Source: Camelus ferus
Lineage: Eukaryota
DNA: 64,000 nt
Direction of reading: 5' to 3'
Assembly (NCBI RefSeq): GCF_009834535.1
Contig: NC_045696.1
Coordinates: 84,322,001-84,386,000 of the forward strand
Translations under genes and position numbers: made by a program
The notes under the pieces: model-generated
Seen by the model: only the letters and a program-made list of their open reading frames with translations
Told to the model about the DNA's origin: nothing
Database searches by the model: none
Part shown: piece after piece, positions 12,520 to 25,380 of the stretch
Layout: the number at the start of each line of letters is the position of its first letter
Numbering within the stretch: position 1 is the stretch's first letter

Positions 12520-12940
12520 CCACAAATGCTGTACAAATATCACTTTTATGTGAAGTCTAAAAAAGTCCAAATAATAGAAATAGAGAAAAGTGGTGGTTAC
12601 TAGGAGTTGTGGGGAGGGGGGATGGGGAGAGACGGGGAGATGTTAGTTAAAGGGTACAAATGTCCAGTTACAAGATGAATACATTCTGGGATCTAAGATA
12701 TAGCACACGGTGATTATAGTTAGTGATCCTCTGTTATATACTTGAAAGTTGCCAAGAGAAAAGATCTTAAATGTTCTCACCACAAAAAAGAAATGGTAGT
12801 TATGTGGCATGATGTAGGTGTTAACTAAGACTATGGTGGTAGTCATTTTACAATCAATAAATGTTTCTAATCAACACATTGAACACCATAAACTTACACA
12901 AAGTTGTGTGCCAATTATACCTCGATAAAGCTGAAAAAAT
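12520..12940 (+). mobile_element. L1MA9-like 3' end
   Basis: G-rich tract, aaagggtacaaa...gttacaagatgaata...ttgaaagttgccaagagaaaagatcttaaatgttctcaccacaaaaaagaaatggta...caattatacctcgataaagctgaaaaaa. Confidence 0.88.
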
Positions 12941-13182
12941 TGGGGAATTTGCTAAAAAAAAAATGTGATTAAAGTGATTTGATACCCATGCCCTAATTTG
13001 TAATCAAATTTGCCTCACATTCTGCCCACCCCAGAGACAATAGAAAATTGAGACAATTGAAAATCTGTGCTGACCGTCTCTGTACTGCTTGCAGTTTACT
13101 CTGGGTAAACGTTCAGCACCACATGCTGTGCATTTGTTTCTTGAACCTTTGTGTTGACAATGCGTGAAATAAAATATTTCAG

Positions 13183-13321
13183 ATCCTTCAGAAAAACTTT
13201 ACAGCCTGACCTCAGAAGAGTTACCGGCCTTCAACAACCATTTGCTGAATATAAGTCAGAGTACCCCAGATTTCCTTAAGACCTCGCGTGCAAGGGGCCC
13301 CTGGGGAGTTGGGGAACAGAG
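13183..13321 (+). CDS. ZBBX: ZBBX penultimate coding exon (139 nt, phase 1-2)
   Basis: Acceptor atatttcag|A and donor AG|gtaggt. Splices in frame to the 4012-4266 exon (G+AT=Asp), giving [46 protein letters not shown], matching recalled ZBBX '[11 protein letters not shown]...DFLKTS..RGP.GV'. Confidence 0.93.
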
Positions 13322-15088
13322 GTAGGTTAAATCTGCAGCTTATATGTAAAGATAGCGCATAGTAAAATTTTTGACAAGCCTCAACTAGTTATCTTTACTA
13401 CATAAAGAGAGACTGTCCTCATGTGTGTATTTCCTGTGGCCATTCTTTGCAAAATGTTTAGGTCCTTTGCTGACCTCTTACCGGGATTTAGTAAAAAGCT
13501 TATGACAATGTTACTTTAATGTAAAGAGATAATTCTCTTCTGCACAATGTGTGTCAGAAAAATGAAAAGACATTTGAAATATAATAATCCTTTGGCATTT
13601 CTTCTTACATTGGAAAACAATTGTTTAACTTTCATTCATTAACTTACTAACTTTCAATACTTTGCATTAATAGACTCTTCCTCAACATGAATAAAGTTTT
13701 TAGAATAGAATATTGAGAAGTTTACTTCTTGATATTAAGTTGAGATTGTTAATAATAGCGTATTTTAATTTGTATAATTTCATTTTTTCCTTACATGAGA
13801 TAAGAACATTTAGAGATGGTGATCAGTTTATAAGGAACGTGGGGTACACTAATAATTGCTTCAGAAAAGCAGTCTATCGTGTTGGTCTATTATTGACATA
13901 CTGGAATTCCTTGAAAAAGAAGAAGGGATCCTTAAAAAAACTAAAATAAATGTAAAACAAAAGTCCCTTGAATTGTAAATTCCTTTGATTGGCTCAAGTC
14001 TAATACTGAAGTAAAAGGGAATTGAGTCCATGACTCTGTCTTTCTGAAGGAGGAAACCATTTAGCTGTGGTCCTAGGATCTTTGCATTTCTAACACTACT
14101 TACATTTTTTTAAAAAGGGATCAATATAAATTTGCTATTTTTCCCTAAAAAGTCATTAAGAACAAAGTAACTAAACCAACCACATACTCTCACTGTCATT
14201 TCATGAAAGAAAGAATATTTAGTACTAAAGATAGATGGGGAACATACTAATAGAATGAAGAATGGTTCTTCAAAATTAAAAATTTCATGAAATAGTTATT
14301 ACTTTGTCCTTTTCTCTTCTCTTCTTAAACCAGTGAAAACTTTTAAAGTCACAGTTAGATCTGAACTGGTCCACAGACAAGAGTTTAGGAAATGCTGATC
14401 TAGCCTGTGTTGGGCGTATGATCCCGAGAAGAGTTACATCCATCACAGAGTGAAGTATTTTGTATTATTTAGTAGCAAACACAAGCTGAAATTCTGGATG
14501 ACTGGGACTGAAATACCTGAACTATGCAGCCTCCTCTCTGTTCCCCGATACCACCTCTTTCCCCAGACCTCACACAGCTATGCACTAGAGCCTCCACGAG
14601 TCCCTCTCCACCACAGCATGCAACAAAATAAAATAATTAACTGCTGTCATTAACTTTGATTTTGGCATATCTTGACTCACTATCCACATAGTCCTAATTT
14701 ACCGTACACAAAAGAGCTGATTTACCTGGCAGTCTATTCACTGAGATCCTGTGAAGCAGCCAGTGTGATGATAAATGTTCTTAATGATGACCCTGAGGCT
14801 CTGCAAGTCTCTGAAGTACCTTCTGAACCTTCAGTGAAGCACACAACCAGAGACCGTAACATCTTCCTTCCTTGCTTTCGCTGTGGTTTTTTTGCGGGGG
14901 AGAGGGAGAATGGTGAGAATGCTCTTTAACAGGAGGCTTGCTATATTGGGCACGCTGAAAATTATGGTCGCAGTCTGAGACAGCGCCCGCACATCTGCCT
15001 GCCTCCAGTGACTTCAGCGGTGTAGTATTGATGAAGAGTTGAAACCATGTTCTGTATATTGCATATTGATCTTTTAATATATTTCCAG

Positions 15089-15215
15089 CTCTTCTGAAAA
15101 AGATACCGAAATTCAGTCCTCGCTGACACTTTCTGAAAGCAGCATGGATGAGGAGGAAGAAGACTTTCTTGAGGAGCAACATGTCCTTAGACTACCATGG
15201 TCTAGGAGTACCTAA
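15089..15215 (+). CDS. ZBBX: ZBBX terminal coding exon (coding part, stop TAA 15213-15215)
   Basis: Acceptor atatttccag|C; AG+C=Ser keeps the frame. Translates [42 protein letters not shown], matching the recalled ZBBX C-terminus ([27 protein letters not shown]). TAA is immediately followed by TGA. Confidence 0.94.
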
Positions 15216-15349
15216 TGATCATTCATTCATTGCTTTTTGCATTTTGTACCCAGAGTAAAGCAAATAACTGGAAAAAGTAATCAAACGATTACCTGTCCAG
15301 GTGCCGGAGATTTTGATTATTGTCTCTGATACTTCAAGGTTTGCAGACT

Positions 15350-15355
15350 AATAAA
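15350..15355 (+). terminator. Probable ZBBX polyadenylation signal (AATAAA)
   Basis: First canonical AATAAA ~135 nt after the stop codon, with T-rich sequence downstream (ggactttttcttcc). The cleavage site is inferred, not observed. Confidence 0.6.
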
Positions 15356-15885
15356 AGTTAGTGAAATTATAACTTAAAGGACTTTTTCTTCCAAATGATA
15401 TATTGTATGTCTAACACTAATCTACATTGTAGATCATATTAGTAAAATTTGATGAAATTTGAAAAATCAGTTATGTCTCTAGGAACTTATCATAAGATAG
15501 TATATTTTTAAAATTTATTAAATTTTGTTGAAGTATAATTGATGTACAGTATTATATATTAGTGCATGATTATCTTTAAAGTCATATTTTGTTGTTAAAT
15601 TATATTTTAATTAATTATGTCATCAATGTACATTTGATGGTCACGTCATACTTGGCAGTATCATTAATTGAGCCTGGATTCCAGTTTTTACCTTGGTGAT
15701 TACAGTTTTGGGTTTTTTTTTCCCTGTTAGTGTTTTTGACATTTATAGAAGTCTGGTAGCATTAAAAATTGCTGCTAGAAGAGAAGAGGAGGACCTAAAA
15801 TAAAATGGATATAATCCTTACCATTCTCTGTTCTAGAGGAACACAGAAAAGATTCTCCCTAAGCATCTTATTTTGGGAAGGTCAG

Positions 15886-16252
15886 TGTGGTGTAATTTTA
15901 TGTGTCACCTTGGCCGGGCTAAGGTACCCAGATATTTGGTCACATTTTATTTTAAATGTTTCTATGAAGGTATTTTTATATGAGATTAATATTTAAATCA
16001 ATAGACTTTGAGTAAAGCAGATTACTATCCATAGTGTGGGTGGGTCTCCATACAATCATTTGAAAGAAGAGAAAAAAGACTCAAGTCATCTAAGGGGAAG
16101 GGAATTCTGCCTTCTGACTGCCTTCAGGTTCAAGCTGCACCACTGACTGCTCCCTGGGGCTTCAGCCTGCCAGCCTGGCCTGTGAAATTTGAATTTGCTA
16201 GCCATCACAATTAGTTCTGTTGCTCCGGAAAACCCTGACTGATACAAATACA
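15886..16252 (+). mobile_element. MLT2 (ERVL) solo LTR, MLT2C/D-like, with 5-bp TSD GTCAG
   Basis: TG...CA termini; taattttatgtgtcaccttggccgggctaagg; gactttgagtaaagcagatt; aaccctgactgataca. GTCAG flanks both sides (15881-15885, 16253-16257). Confidence 0.88.
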
Positions 16253-18189
16253 GTCAGTTTGAAGGACTGTTGTGATAGTGGAAGAAAATAACACATTGGG
16301 AAGTGTTTTGCTAGTCTTAGGGGGTAGTAGATCCTGGGGTTTGGTAGGTGTCCAGGGTATTACATAATTTTACAATGCAAGGGCATAACAAAGAGCAGAA
16401 GATGACACGGAGCAGGGGTAGTTTTATGAATGTCACTTTGCAACATTTTAGGATAGTTTCCCCTTAAGGAGTTTGTTGACTTACCAGAGAAACATCCCTA
16501 CATGTTGGTTATGTCATCACCATCGCATAGTCATATCTCAGGGTTCAAACTCTTTTTTTTCTGAGATTCTGGGTAGTAACCCCTTATACGTGACTGATGG
16601 TTGCTTAGTGTAAATATGTCTTTGATTTTTCTTTCATGGCATCACTAAATCATACTGGCATTCACACACATCATCTGCTGACAGGACAGAACATGATTGA
16701 GAGACCTGTAGTCATTTCTATGTCTTTTAGCTTAAAAATGCCCTTTATTAAAAGTAACAAAGTGAATAAGTAATCAGGAAAGCCAGTCATACTATCAGAA
16801 TAAAATTTTTCAAAAGAAGTAAATACCTTAAAATTAGGAATGTGACTCCTCAGAAATTGTCACTGTCCTCTCAACACCTCTTCCGTCACAGTCCTGCAGA
16901 CAGACAACAGTGAGTCACCCTTGAATCTTTAACATTGGAGTCAAAAGCCCTTCTGGCATCTTACTCTGAGGCTGCTGGCTTGATGAATTTTATTATCTAT
17001 ATTAAAGCGGAATTTCCTCTTCATCTGGGGAGATAGGAAAAGATATTCTTTTTCTTTCTAGCGTGTCTGCTCAGGTTTAAGGTCTCCTGCCTCTCCCTAC
17101 ACTCCTTTGGTCTAAGACGTCTTCCTTTTCCCTTTTGATGAAAAAAAAATTGTTCCTCTGGGTGCAGTTTTTGAAACTGCAATGTTTTTTCTCAGACAGC
17201 ATGGCAGGAGGTGTTGTCCTGTTCTCATTAGGAAAACAGGGCCACTGCTATTCGTTCTGCATGTTCAGTCATAGCTTGAGTCTTTTATGAACTAGCTCAG
17301 GAAGAGATTTTACAAGATGCCATTATCTTTTACAATATAAGAATTTTTAGATAAAAATTAAGCTGATAGTTAGTGGTCATCCGTGCATTTCTGGCCAGAA
17401 TTTGAAATAAGGAATATACTGCTGACTTGGTCCTTTGACTTCCAATATAACACTGAAATTAAACACGAGGGTCCTCTGGGGGCAGAACAGACCCCCGTCT
17501 GCCTTTATTTGCTTCCCATAACCACACATTTAGAAAAGTTCCTTAATTCCTTTGCCATTAGTCTAATGAGGAAATAAAAACTAAATAAGATTAGAGCCTT
17601 TGCCTGAAGCAGTTTCAATGTATTCTCTCATTTTAGAGATTGAGCTTAAAATTGGTGTTAAAGGCACGTACCTCACTCTTGACTGTGGAATTGAGAGAGT
17701 TACAGACATTCTAGAAGAAACACAACCATATTCCTAATTCTAGAGTTGGTACTGTGTGCCTGTAGCAACTATCGGACAAATGAACACATGATTTTTGTAT
17801 GCATGTTGGGATTTAGCAGTTTATATGCGGACTTGCCTACCGGTATATAGCCAGAGGAAATTCTATAATTTTACAGCTCTGGACATAACACATGATGGAA
17901 ACAAACTGACATTAAATTAAATTATATTTGATAGTTTTGTTATGTTGTTTGATATTTGTTAAAGTCATTCACATCTGGTGCACTCTGAGTGTGTCTCACA
18001 ACCTTTAATTAAATCTTAAGACCATTTAATTCTGTGTTTGTTTTTAATTCTGTGTTTTATATGTGAGGTGCATAAAAATTTTTTCTTGAACAAATGAATG
18101 TTGCACAGTGGCTCCATCTGCTTAATAAGGCACCAGGAAAGATGGAAAGATACCAAGCAATACTTATCTTGATTTTGGCCACATGCCAC

Positions 18190-18470
18190 TTCTCATCTCC
18201 AGGTCCTCAAAATGTACCTTCTCAAGAGACTTTCTCTAACTTCTGTCTAAATCAATTCCCTTTCTTCCTTTACTTTTATTTTTTCTAATTTTTTCCTTCA
18301 TAGCACTTCTAATTATTAATTTATTTGTGTGTTTTTTGAGTGCATGTCTCTCAACTAGACGATACAGTTCAACCGCATGAATTATATCTGTTTTGTACAC
18401 CTCTATGCTTAACCCCTACCGTATGCCTATATCAGACTAGGTGACCACTAGTAATGAGTGAATGAATGTG
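18190..18470 (+). mobile_element. L2 3' end fragment
   Basis: catagcacttctaatt...tgtctctcaactagac...tctgttttgtacacctctat...ending gagtgaatgaatg. Confidence 0.7.
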
Positions 18471-20329
18471 CAGCTATCTAAATCCCTAACTTTTTTCCAA
18501 GGGGAGACAGTGTGATAATATATGGAGTGGGAGGAAACACAGGTTTGCATTCAGTGTTGCCCTCTGTGAGCTGGCCGGGCACCTCCCTGTCAAAATGTCC
18601 CAGGACTTCAGCAGCTTAACAGAGGCAGCCACTCTGGCCCTCATCCAAGACTGTCTGCTGCCCGCAGCCCAGGCAGAAGAGAGACAGGCAGCACTGTAGC
18701 CTGACAGCCCAGAAGAAGCAGTAATCCTTCCAGAAGTATTTATTTTGTAACTGATCTAAGTCTCTTTCCAGAGAGCTTATCAGGTTACACTATCTACTGG
18801 ATGGCAGATAACTTATTTGAATGTGTTTCTTCAACATGAAATGGAGAAAAAAGATGCTGCCTTGACTTAGCTCAAAAGATAGCGTGAGTATGAAATGCAG
18901 TAATGAATGTATAAACCCCTTGGGACTGGAAAAGCCTCTGCCATGCTTATTATCATCATTTGTCATGAGTTTATGCTACAATCATTGAATATGCAAATTA
19001 ATGGATTAATTAGTGAATTTAGGATCAAACTGACATAAATGATCCATAAATATCACTCGGTATCACAAGTGAAGAATGCTTTCAGTGAGTTGGACAATTA
19101 GATTGAATATTGTATAAAGCTGGCATGTATGTTGAAAGCTAAATATCTAAATTTATTTTATTAAAAATCTTTCTGAAACGTTATTCCTTATGTTTATAGA
19201 TTCCTTCTATCATGTGTAAATTTAGAGTTTTTAAATATTAAAATTGCACTGGTACTTTATTCCAGTGGAGTAAGTGCATCATACTTCCAGAAAGGAGAAA
19301 TTTTTAAAACATACTATTTATACCTCCCCAAATCTGTTTTTATAGAGTGTTTCGTTTCATCATAATTTTCATCCCTGGTTATTTATTACTAGCCACATTT
19401 GCATGAAAACAATCTTTATTTCCTCAGAGTTCATCTGCGCCTGTAGTTTATCCCCCACCTAAAGTCATAACTCTTTGTTAGTGACACCCTGATTGTTTGC
19501 TGGGTAAATGATTATGATGTTGCAAACAGGATTATGGCTTTAGCTGGGGAATAACCAGCAGGCATAGATGAACTCAAAGGAAATAAAGATCCTCCTCTTT
19601 TAACGCAAGTGTCTTCCATAGTTAAGGAAAAGGAGAGAATATTCTTAACGTTCTCCATGAGGTGACAGTTACATTTAAACTGAAAAGAATTAAATGATTG
19701 ATGGGATTATCTTTCTTTTTCTTTTCAGATACATATACTATACAATAACATTTGTGGAAACACAGTCGTGAAAGGGCTTTCTATATGCCCTTATTTCTGC
19801 CAGAAGGAAGCAAGCAGTATGTGAATTGCTTTCTATCCAGAAAACAAAAACACATTATTCTACAAACAAATGCTTAGAAAGATTTCTAAGGGGAAATGTA
19901 CTTCATCCCTGTTTTACAATTAACTAAACCTTATACATTCAATGTAAATTAAGAGTGAAAGAGATGGTTTAGGGTAAGTTTTGATTTAATTTCACAATAG
20001 TTAGGTAATCACCATATTTTTATAGGATAATATTTTGTTGCTTATTCAAATGATGGGAGAGTTCTTAAACAGCTTCTGTACTTACAAAATGACAGCTGCA
20101 AGTAGAGGCAGGAGATAAACAGATGCACATTTTATTTTTCAAAAGTAATCACCACATTTACTTTATCCTCTGACCTCCTTTGCCATAGCCCTGGGGGAAT
20201 ATCTTCTAAGTTAGACTACTGAATCAATTAGGATTTGCTTTCATTTGATATTACAGGAAACATCAAACAACAGTGGAATGACATGGCGTTTCTTTCCCTG
20301 GTATGTAAAGTCTTGGATTTGTCAATCAA

Positions 20330-20695
20330 GAGCTAATATGGCAGATACATCTCACTATCTTGTTTCCATCCTCAAGGTCACCTTGACATACGAGATGGTT
20401 GTAGATCTTTGGCCATCACAGTCTGAGTTTGAAGCATCGAGGGGGAGGGGAGTGTGGAGAGCAAGACAGGCACCTGCTAGCTGAGGCAGCTTCCTTTAAA
20501 CCAGTCCTTCCGGACATCTCACACGACACTTCTGCTTAAATCTTTTCGGCCAGAACTTAGCCACATCTAGATGCAAGGGAGTTTGGAAATGTAGTTGCTT
20601 TAGTGGTCACATTGCTGCTCAGAGTAAAACTGGGGTTGTGTCACAAGGGAAGATGGGGAGCGCGCATACTGAGGCAACTGGCATCTCTGTTAACA
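20330..20695 (-). mobile_element. MaLR LTR fragment (MLT1K/L-like)
   Basis: acacttctgcttaaatcttttcggccagaacttagcc...gcaagggagtttggaaatgtagt...aaaactggggttgtgtcacaagggaagatgggg...ggcaactggcatctctg. Confidence 0.72.
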
Positions 20696-21674
20696 GCTGC
20701 TAATGTTTCCCGTCACTGATCCACAGCTGTTTGCTTTCAGAATATATGAATTTTGAAGTTAATGTGGTTTGAAATATTTGGTGGAAACCAACCTTTTGAG
20801 ATTTAAGTAAGTCAAATTTAAGAGACACTGCTATACTTAAATCATTCAGTTTCTTATATAAACCATACCTCTTTTTCAGTCTGAAAGACATACTTGAGTT
20901 ACACAGGGACATCATCATTATTCAGCTTCAAGCTTTCACCTTAGGACTTCTTGAAACACATTCCACATCTCTTTAAAGTTCAGCCTTTGGACTGATGCCC
21001 AAATCCAATCTGCTTTGGCAAAGACTTTCAGTGCACTTTGTTAAAAATATTGTGATGTGAAATATGTCTTGAATGTTCCACTATTAGGATATTTTGAAAC
21101 CTATGATGTTGGAACTTTTCACAGGACTACACAGAGAACAGATATAACATAATTTCTTCTTATAGGAATGTTGGTGAGCATAGTAGAGCCCGAGATTACA
21201 GCTGGTGTCAGAGCTGACACCTCATGTTTATGTTCCAGAGCAGTGCTTAAATCTTTCGTAGTCCACATGTTAAAAATGAGGGGGCTCTTGGGGTTTCTTA
21301 ATCTGGTAGGTGAGTGTGAGGAAAAATTGAGTTGCCCAACAAAAAGCATCTGTACTTGGATATATTTTATATATAGAGGTCCTTTGTAAGATTAAAGAAA
21401 GAATTCTGTGACAGAAGTTAAAAATCCGTAGCCTAGAGTCCTGGATCTCTGGGCCCCGTCTCGGGCTGGAATTCAGCGATTTATGTTGTCATAGAATGTT
21501 AAATGTTAAGACGTGATTTAAATATATATATATATGACTGGATTTACATATCTTTGGTGTAAGACCAGACTCCAGAGAGCCATGGAGAGAAGAGTTTCTC
21601 CTCCTCCTCAGTTCACTGAGAGCTAACCAGAAAGTACCCAACTTCAGTCAGCCACTTATTCTGCTAACTGACTT

Positions 21675-22260
21675 CTAGTTAGAATGTTTTCCTTCGTGCA
21701 CAGAAACCCACTCAAAATACAGAAAGTAAAATGGGTTTATTTTAGTGAGAAGTGGAATTGTATGGCAATCCAAGAGCAGGGACTACAGAAGAGTTGTCCT
21801 CACAGGCACTGAGGGTTCCTGGGCCCGAGACTGCTCTCCCTCAGCGTGGCCTGGTCCCTGGTTCGGGGGAGCACACTAGCTCGGTTTCCCCTGTTGACTG
21901 ACTTCTTGTGCTCACTCGTACTTTCTGCTTATGCCCAAGGACTTAATTTATTGTTGTCCATCCAGGCCTCTCTCTCTGCCTCATAGCCTCCTTCTCAGCC
22001 CTACTCAGACAGTTAACGGTTTCCGTCTCTTGAACTGCTTTTTCAATTCTAAATCCAGAGAGAGAAGCTCGACTGGTCCTCTTTGTACTTTCAAACCAGG
22101 CAACATGGTCGCCTAAGGAGGGCCCAGGGCTGGATCAGGCTCCAACAGCGCTGCCAGGCCATGGTGAGGGCGTGGAGAGCGGGAAGGACAATTTGTTAAG
22201 AAGCATGGTCCCTGCATCACAGCAGGCCCAGGGATATGATGTAAGGCAGTTTTTAAAAAG
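21675..22260 (-). mobile_element. Old MaLR LTR (MLT1M/N-like), degraded
   Basis: agttagaatgtttt...acagaaacccactcaaa...gggtttatt and ccagagagagaagctcgactggtcc motifs; weak similarity. Confidence 0.4.
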
Positions 22261-23689
22261 GGAAGTGGGTCTGGTACGCCAGTCTTCCCTGAAAGACCCC
22301 AAAGGAAGGAGCTCCATGTCGAAGAAGAAGTTTGTAGGACAGAGTTGTAAAAATGTTGGGGGTGGACGTGACAAGAGGGACAGTAAAGGAGAGGGTCTGA
22401 AGGGCTGGTGGCATGTCAGGGTCACCTGATGTATGGGAACAGTGCAGGCGGCACCGTGTGTGTCAAGCAGCATCAGCCAACAGTGCAGGTGCTCGTGCCA
22501 GACCTCCTCAAGGCCATCCTCCCACATGTGACTGGAGTGTAAATATTACTCTAGTCTCAAAGAGCCCTTGCTGGAAATGAGTAACCTGGAGCTTCATTCT
22601 AATTTTGTTCTCTAATATCCTCATCACAGACACGTTTTTCATTTCCAGGACTGATCTACTTGACAACTATGAAGGAAAATTTCACGCCAAATTCCCCTTG
22701 GGGCAGAATATTCTCTGGAGGTCCCAGCAGACTTTCAAAAGCAATATTACAAATGTGGCAGGTGCCTTCTTCGGCTTGTCTGGCGTCCAGGGCCAGATGA
22801 TTCTGACAGGAGCTCAAGCCTGTCTCACACAGATTTCCCCTTTATTGGTTTTTGAAATGGCTCCATTTTCTTCTTTATAGAGGAGGAACGAAATCTCCAC
22901 CAGATGCTTGTGATTAAAGTAAGGGATAATGATGACAGAACTTTTACTGAGGATATGTCTGCTCCTGCTACCAGATAAATAGCAAGGTGAAGACGAGCCA
23001 TTTATCTGCAGATAAACATTGCACTGGGGTAAATGGTTTATTTTCCAAGTTTGAAACAATTATGCTTTGACAGCATCACTCTCCTCTCAAGATTTTAGGT
23101 TTATTATAACATCATTAAAAACACATTTAACTGGTATTAGTGAAACACAATTCATTGCACTGTTATGTAAAAGACAATTTTGACATAAAGCTGGTTAAAA
23201 AGTCTCAGTTTAATTTGTCATATTTCTAAAAATATTTCCTGTCTTTTCATGAATTAAAATATCTGATTCACTGAGGCTTCTTTGAATAGATAAAATTTTA
23301 TTTTATTTTTCTATAAACAAGGATGATAGACAGCTATCACACCAGATGGTCAGTTTTTTATTGTATGGTATTTTCTGTTCTAGAAATAGAAATTCTTCAG
23401 TTTTTAAATCAGATTTGGAGAAATTATTCTACTTGATGCTGCAGCACCAGTCAACGCAACTGCTGCCTCACAAAAAGTGCTTTTGCATTTTCTTCATGGA
23501 ATCCCAACTGTGCAAAGTTTAAATTCAGTTGCAGCATCTAACTTTTTTGGAATGAATATCCTTTTCAATACCCACCACAGGTCTGGTGGGAGGCTTGTTA
23601 ATAAAGGAGATAGAATTCCCATCTCTTGCTCAATCCAAAAAGTTCCTCTTAGAGAAGAGACGGCCTACTGTTATGACTTCCACTGAAAA

Positions 23690-25100
23690 ATAGATTTCTT
23701 TGAACCCATATCCTCATTAGCCATTCCCCTCACAGTCATTTTTGCTCCCTCCATAGTAAAATTTCTCAGATGTCTGTACACACTTCCATTTCCTCACCTC
23801 CTGTGTTCTCTTTGACCCATGAAATTAGGCTCCTGTTCCCACCACTTGATCATAATGTTCTTGTCAATAGCAACCTCCATATTTCTCAGAGCTCACCTTA
23901 GCCTCTCAGCAGAACTTGATGTGGTTGACTACTCCGTCTGCTTTGAAACTGTTCTTCACATGTCCTTGGGGACACCACACTCTCATGAGCATTTTTTTTT
24001 AATCTTATTGACTGTTCCATCACAATGTTACCTGAAATTCCTTCTCCTTTTTCCAGCTTCTGAATATCCATGTGCTCAGGGAACAATCTTGTGACTCATA
24101 TACACTCTGAGTGATCCTATCCAACCTAAAATACATAATTTTGTCTTAAAAATCATCCCGTAATTACAGATTAGGATACTGGTAGACCCAAAACAGAACT
24201 GTGACTTTTTCTTTGCAAACTGGCTCCTTCTTTGATCTTCTGCATTTTTCTTTCAGTGACAGTGCTGTTCAGCTAATTGCTTGGGCCGAAGACACTAGGG
24301 GTCACCTTTGAATCTTCCTTTTCCTCTCAGGCGAATATCTATTCTGCAGTAAGTTCTGTTACTCTGTAAGTAACCGTCTTGAAATACACCCTGAAAATTG
24401 CGTCATTGAACTGCCTCCCCCACTCCCACCTAACCCAAGTCAGTCCTTTCACACTTGACCCAACATCCCTACTTCACAGAACAGCCAGAATCATCTTTCA
24501 AAAATGAAGATCAGATCACATGCCTCCACAGGCGTGTAATGGCCTCACATTACATTTAGTTTACAGAACTAAAGCCAGAGTTTCCCAGGGTCCACCAAGG
24601 CTTCGTACTGTCAGGCCCCTGCCTCACTCTGGGGCCTCACTGCTGCCCTTCTTCCTCGAGCTCAACTGCTCTGAGAACATTGCTCTGTTTGCTGTTGTCT
24701 GGACTCAAGAAGCTTCTAGCGTTAGGACCATTATCCTCACTCGCCCTTCTGTTAACACTCTCTGCCTAGATCCTTGCAAAGCTCCCCCTCTCCAGGTTCA
24801 GATCTCACCTCAAATATCTCTCAGAGAAGCTGCACTCATCTCTGGATACAAAGGAGCCCTGTACCTCATCACTCTTGTATACTAACCTTGTATATTAATA
24901 TCCCCTTGTGTGTTAATTTTTTTCTCAATATTACCGCAGAAAGCATTTGTTCATCTTTTCCCCACTGTCCTCAGAATTTAAACTCCCTGAAAGTATAGGT
25001 TGTTTCATTTGTAATAAACACATCACCAATGTGTGTCTGGCACAGAGAACATTAATTAGTGAATATCATAATTCATTAGTCAATATAGGTTGAATGAAAG
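23690..25100 (+). mobile_element. L2 LINE, ~1.4 kb ORF2/3' fragment
   Basis: ctctcagcagaacttgatgtggttgactactcc...ttggggacaccacactctc; acagccagaatcatctttcaaaaatgaagatcagatcacatg; ends ctggcacagag...gttgaatgaa. Confidence 0.85.
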
Positions 25101-25169
25101 ACTTTTTTCTTTGCAAAGATCTGTAGAGAGGGCAGTGAATACGAGAAACTTTCTATAGCGGCTTCCTAA

Positions 25170-25380
25170 CATATACTGGGCATCGTGGTGTGTTGTAAGC
25201 ATTTTCATCGCCTCATAACAACCGCACATGGTAAGCACTACTATTAGTCTCCATTTTGCATATGAGGAAATGGAGTCCTGGAATGATTAAACAGTGTGCC
25301 CAAGGTTAGGGGCTGGTAGGTGAGGATGCTGGATTATAAATATAGAACTTCTGGTTCCAGGGTCTACACTTGCCAACATA
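25170..25380 (-). mobile_element. MIR SINE
   Basis: cctcataacaacc...ctccattttgcatatgaggaaatggag...gtgcccaaggtt...gctggatt. Confidence 0.8.

Noticed and set aside
14781..15182. 133-aa minus-strand ORF
   Set aside because: Overlaps the ZBBX terminal exon in antisense; no recognisable protein.
19710..19750. Strong + strand acceptor (ctttctttttcttttcag) downstream of ZBBX
   Set aside because: Lies beyond the probable poly(A) site, with an early stop in the ZBBX phase-1 frame and no convincing donor.
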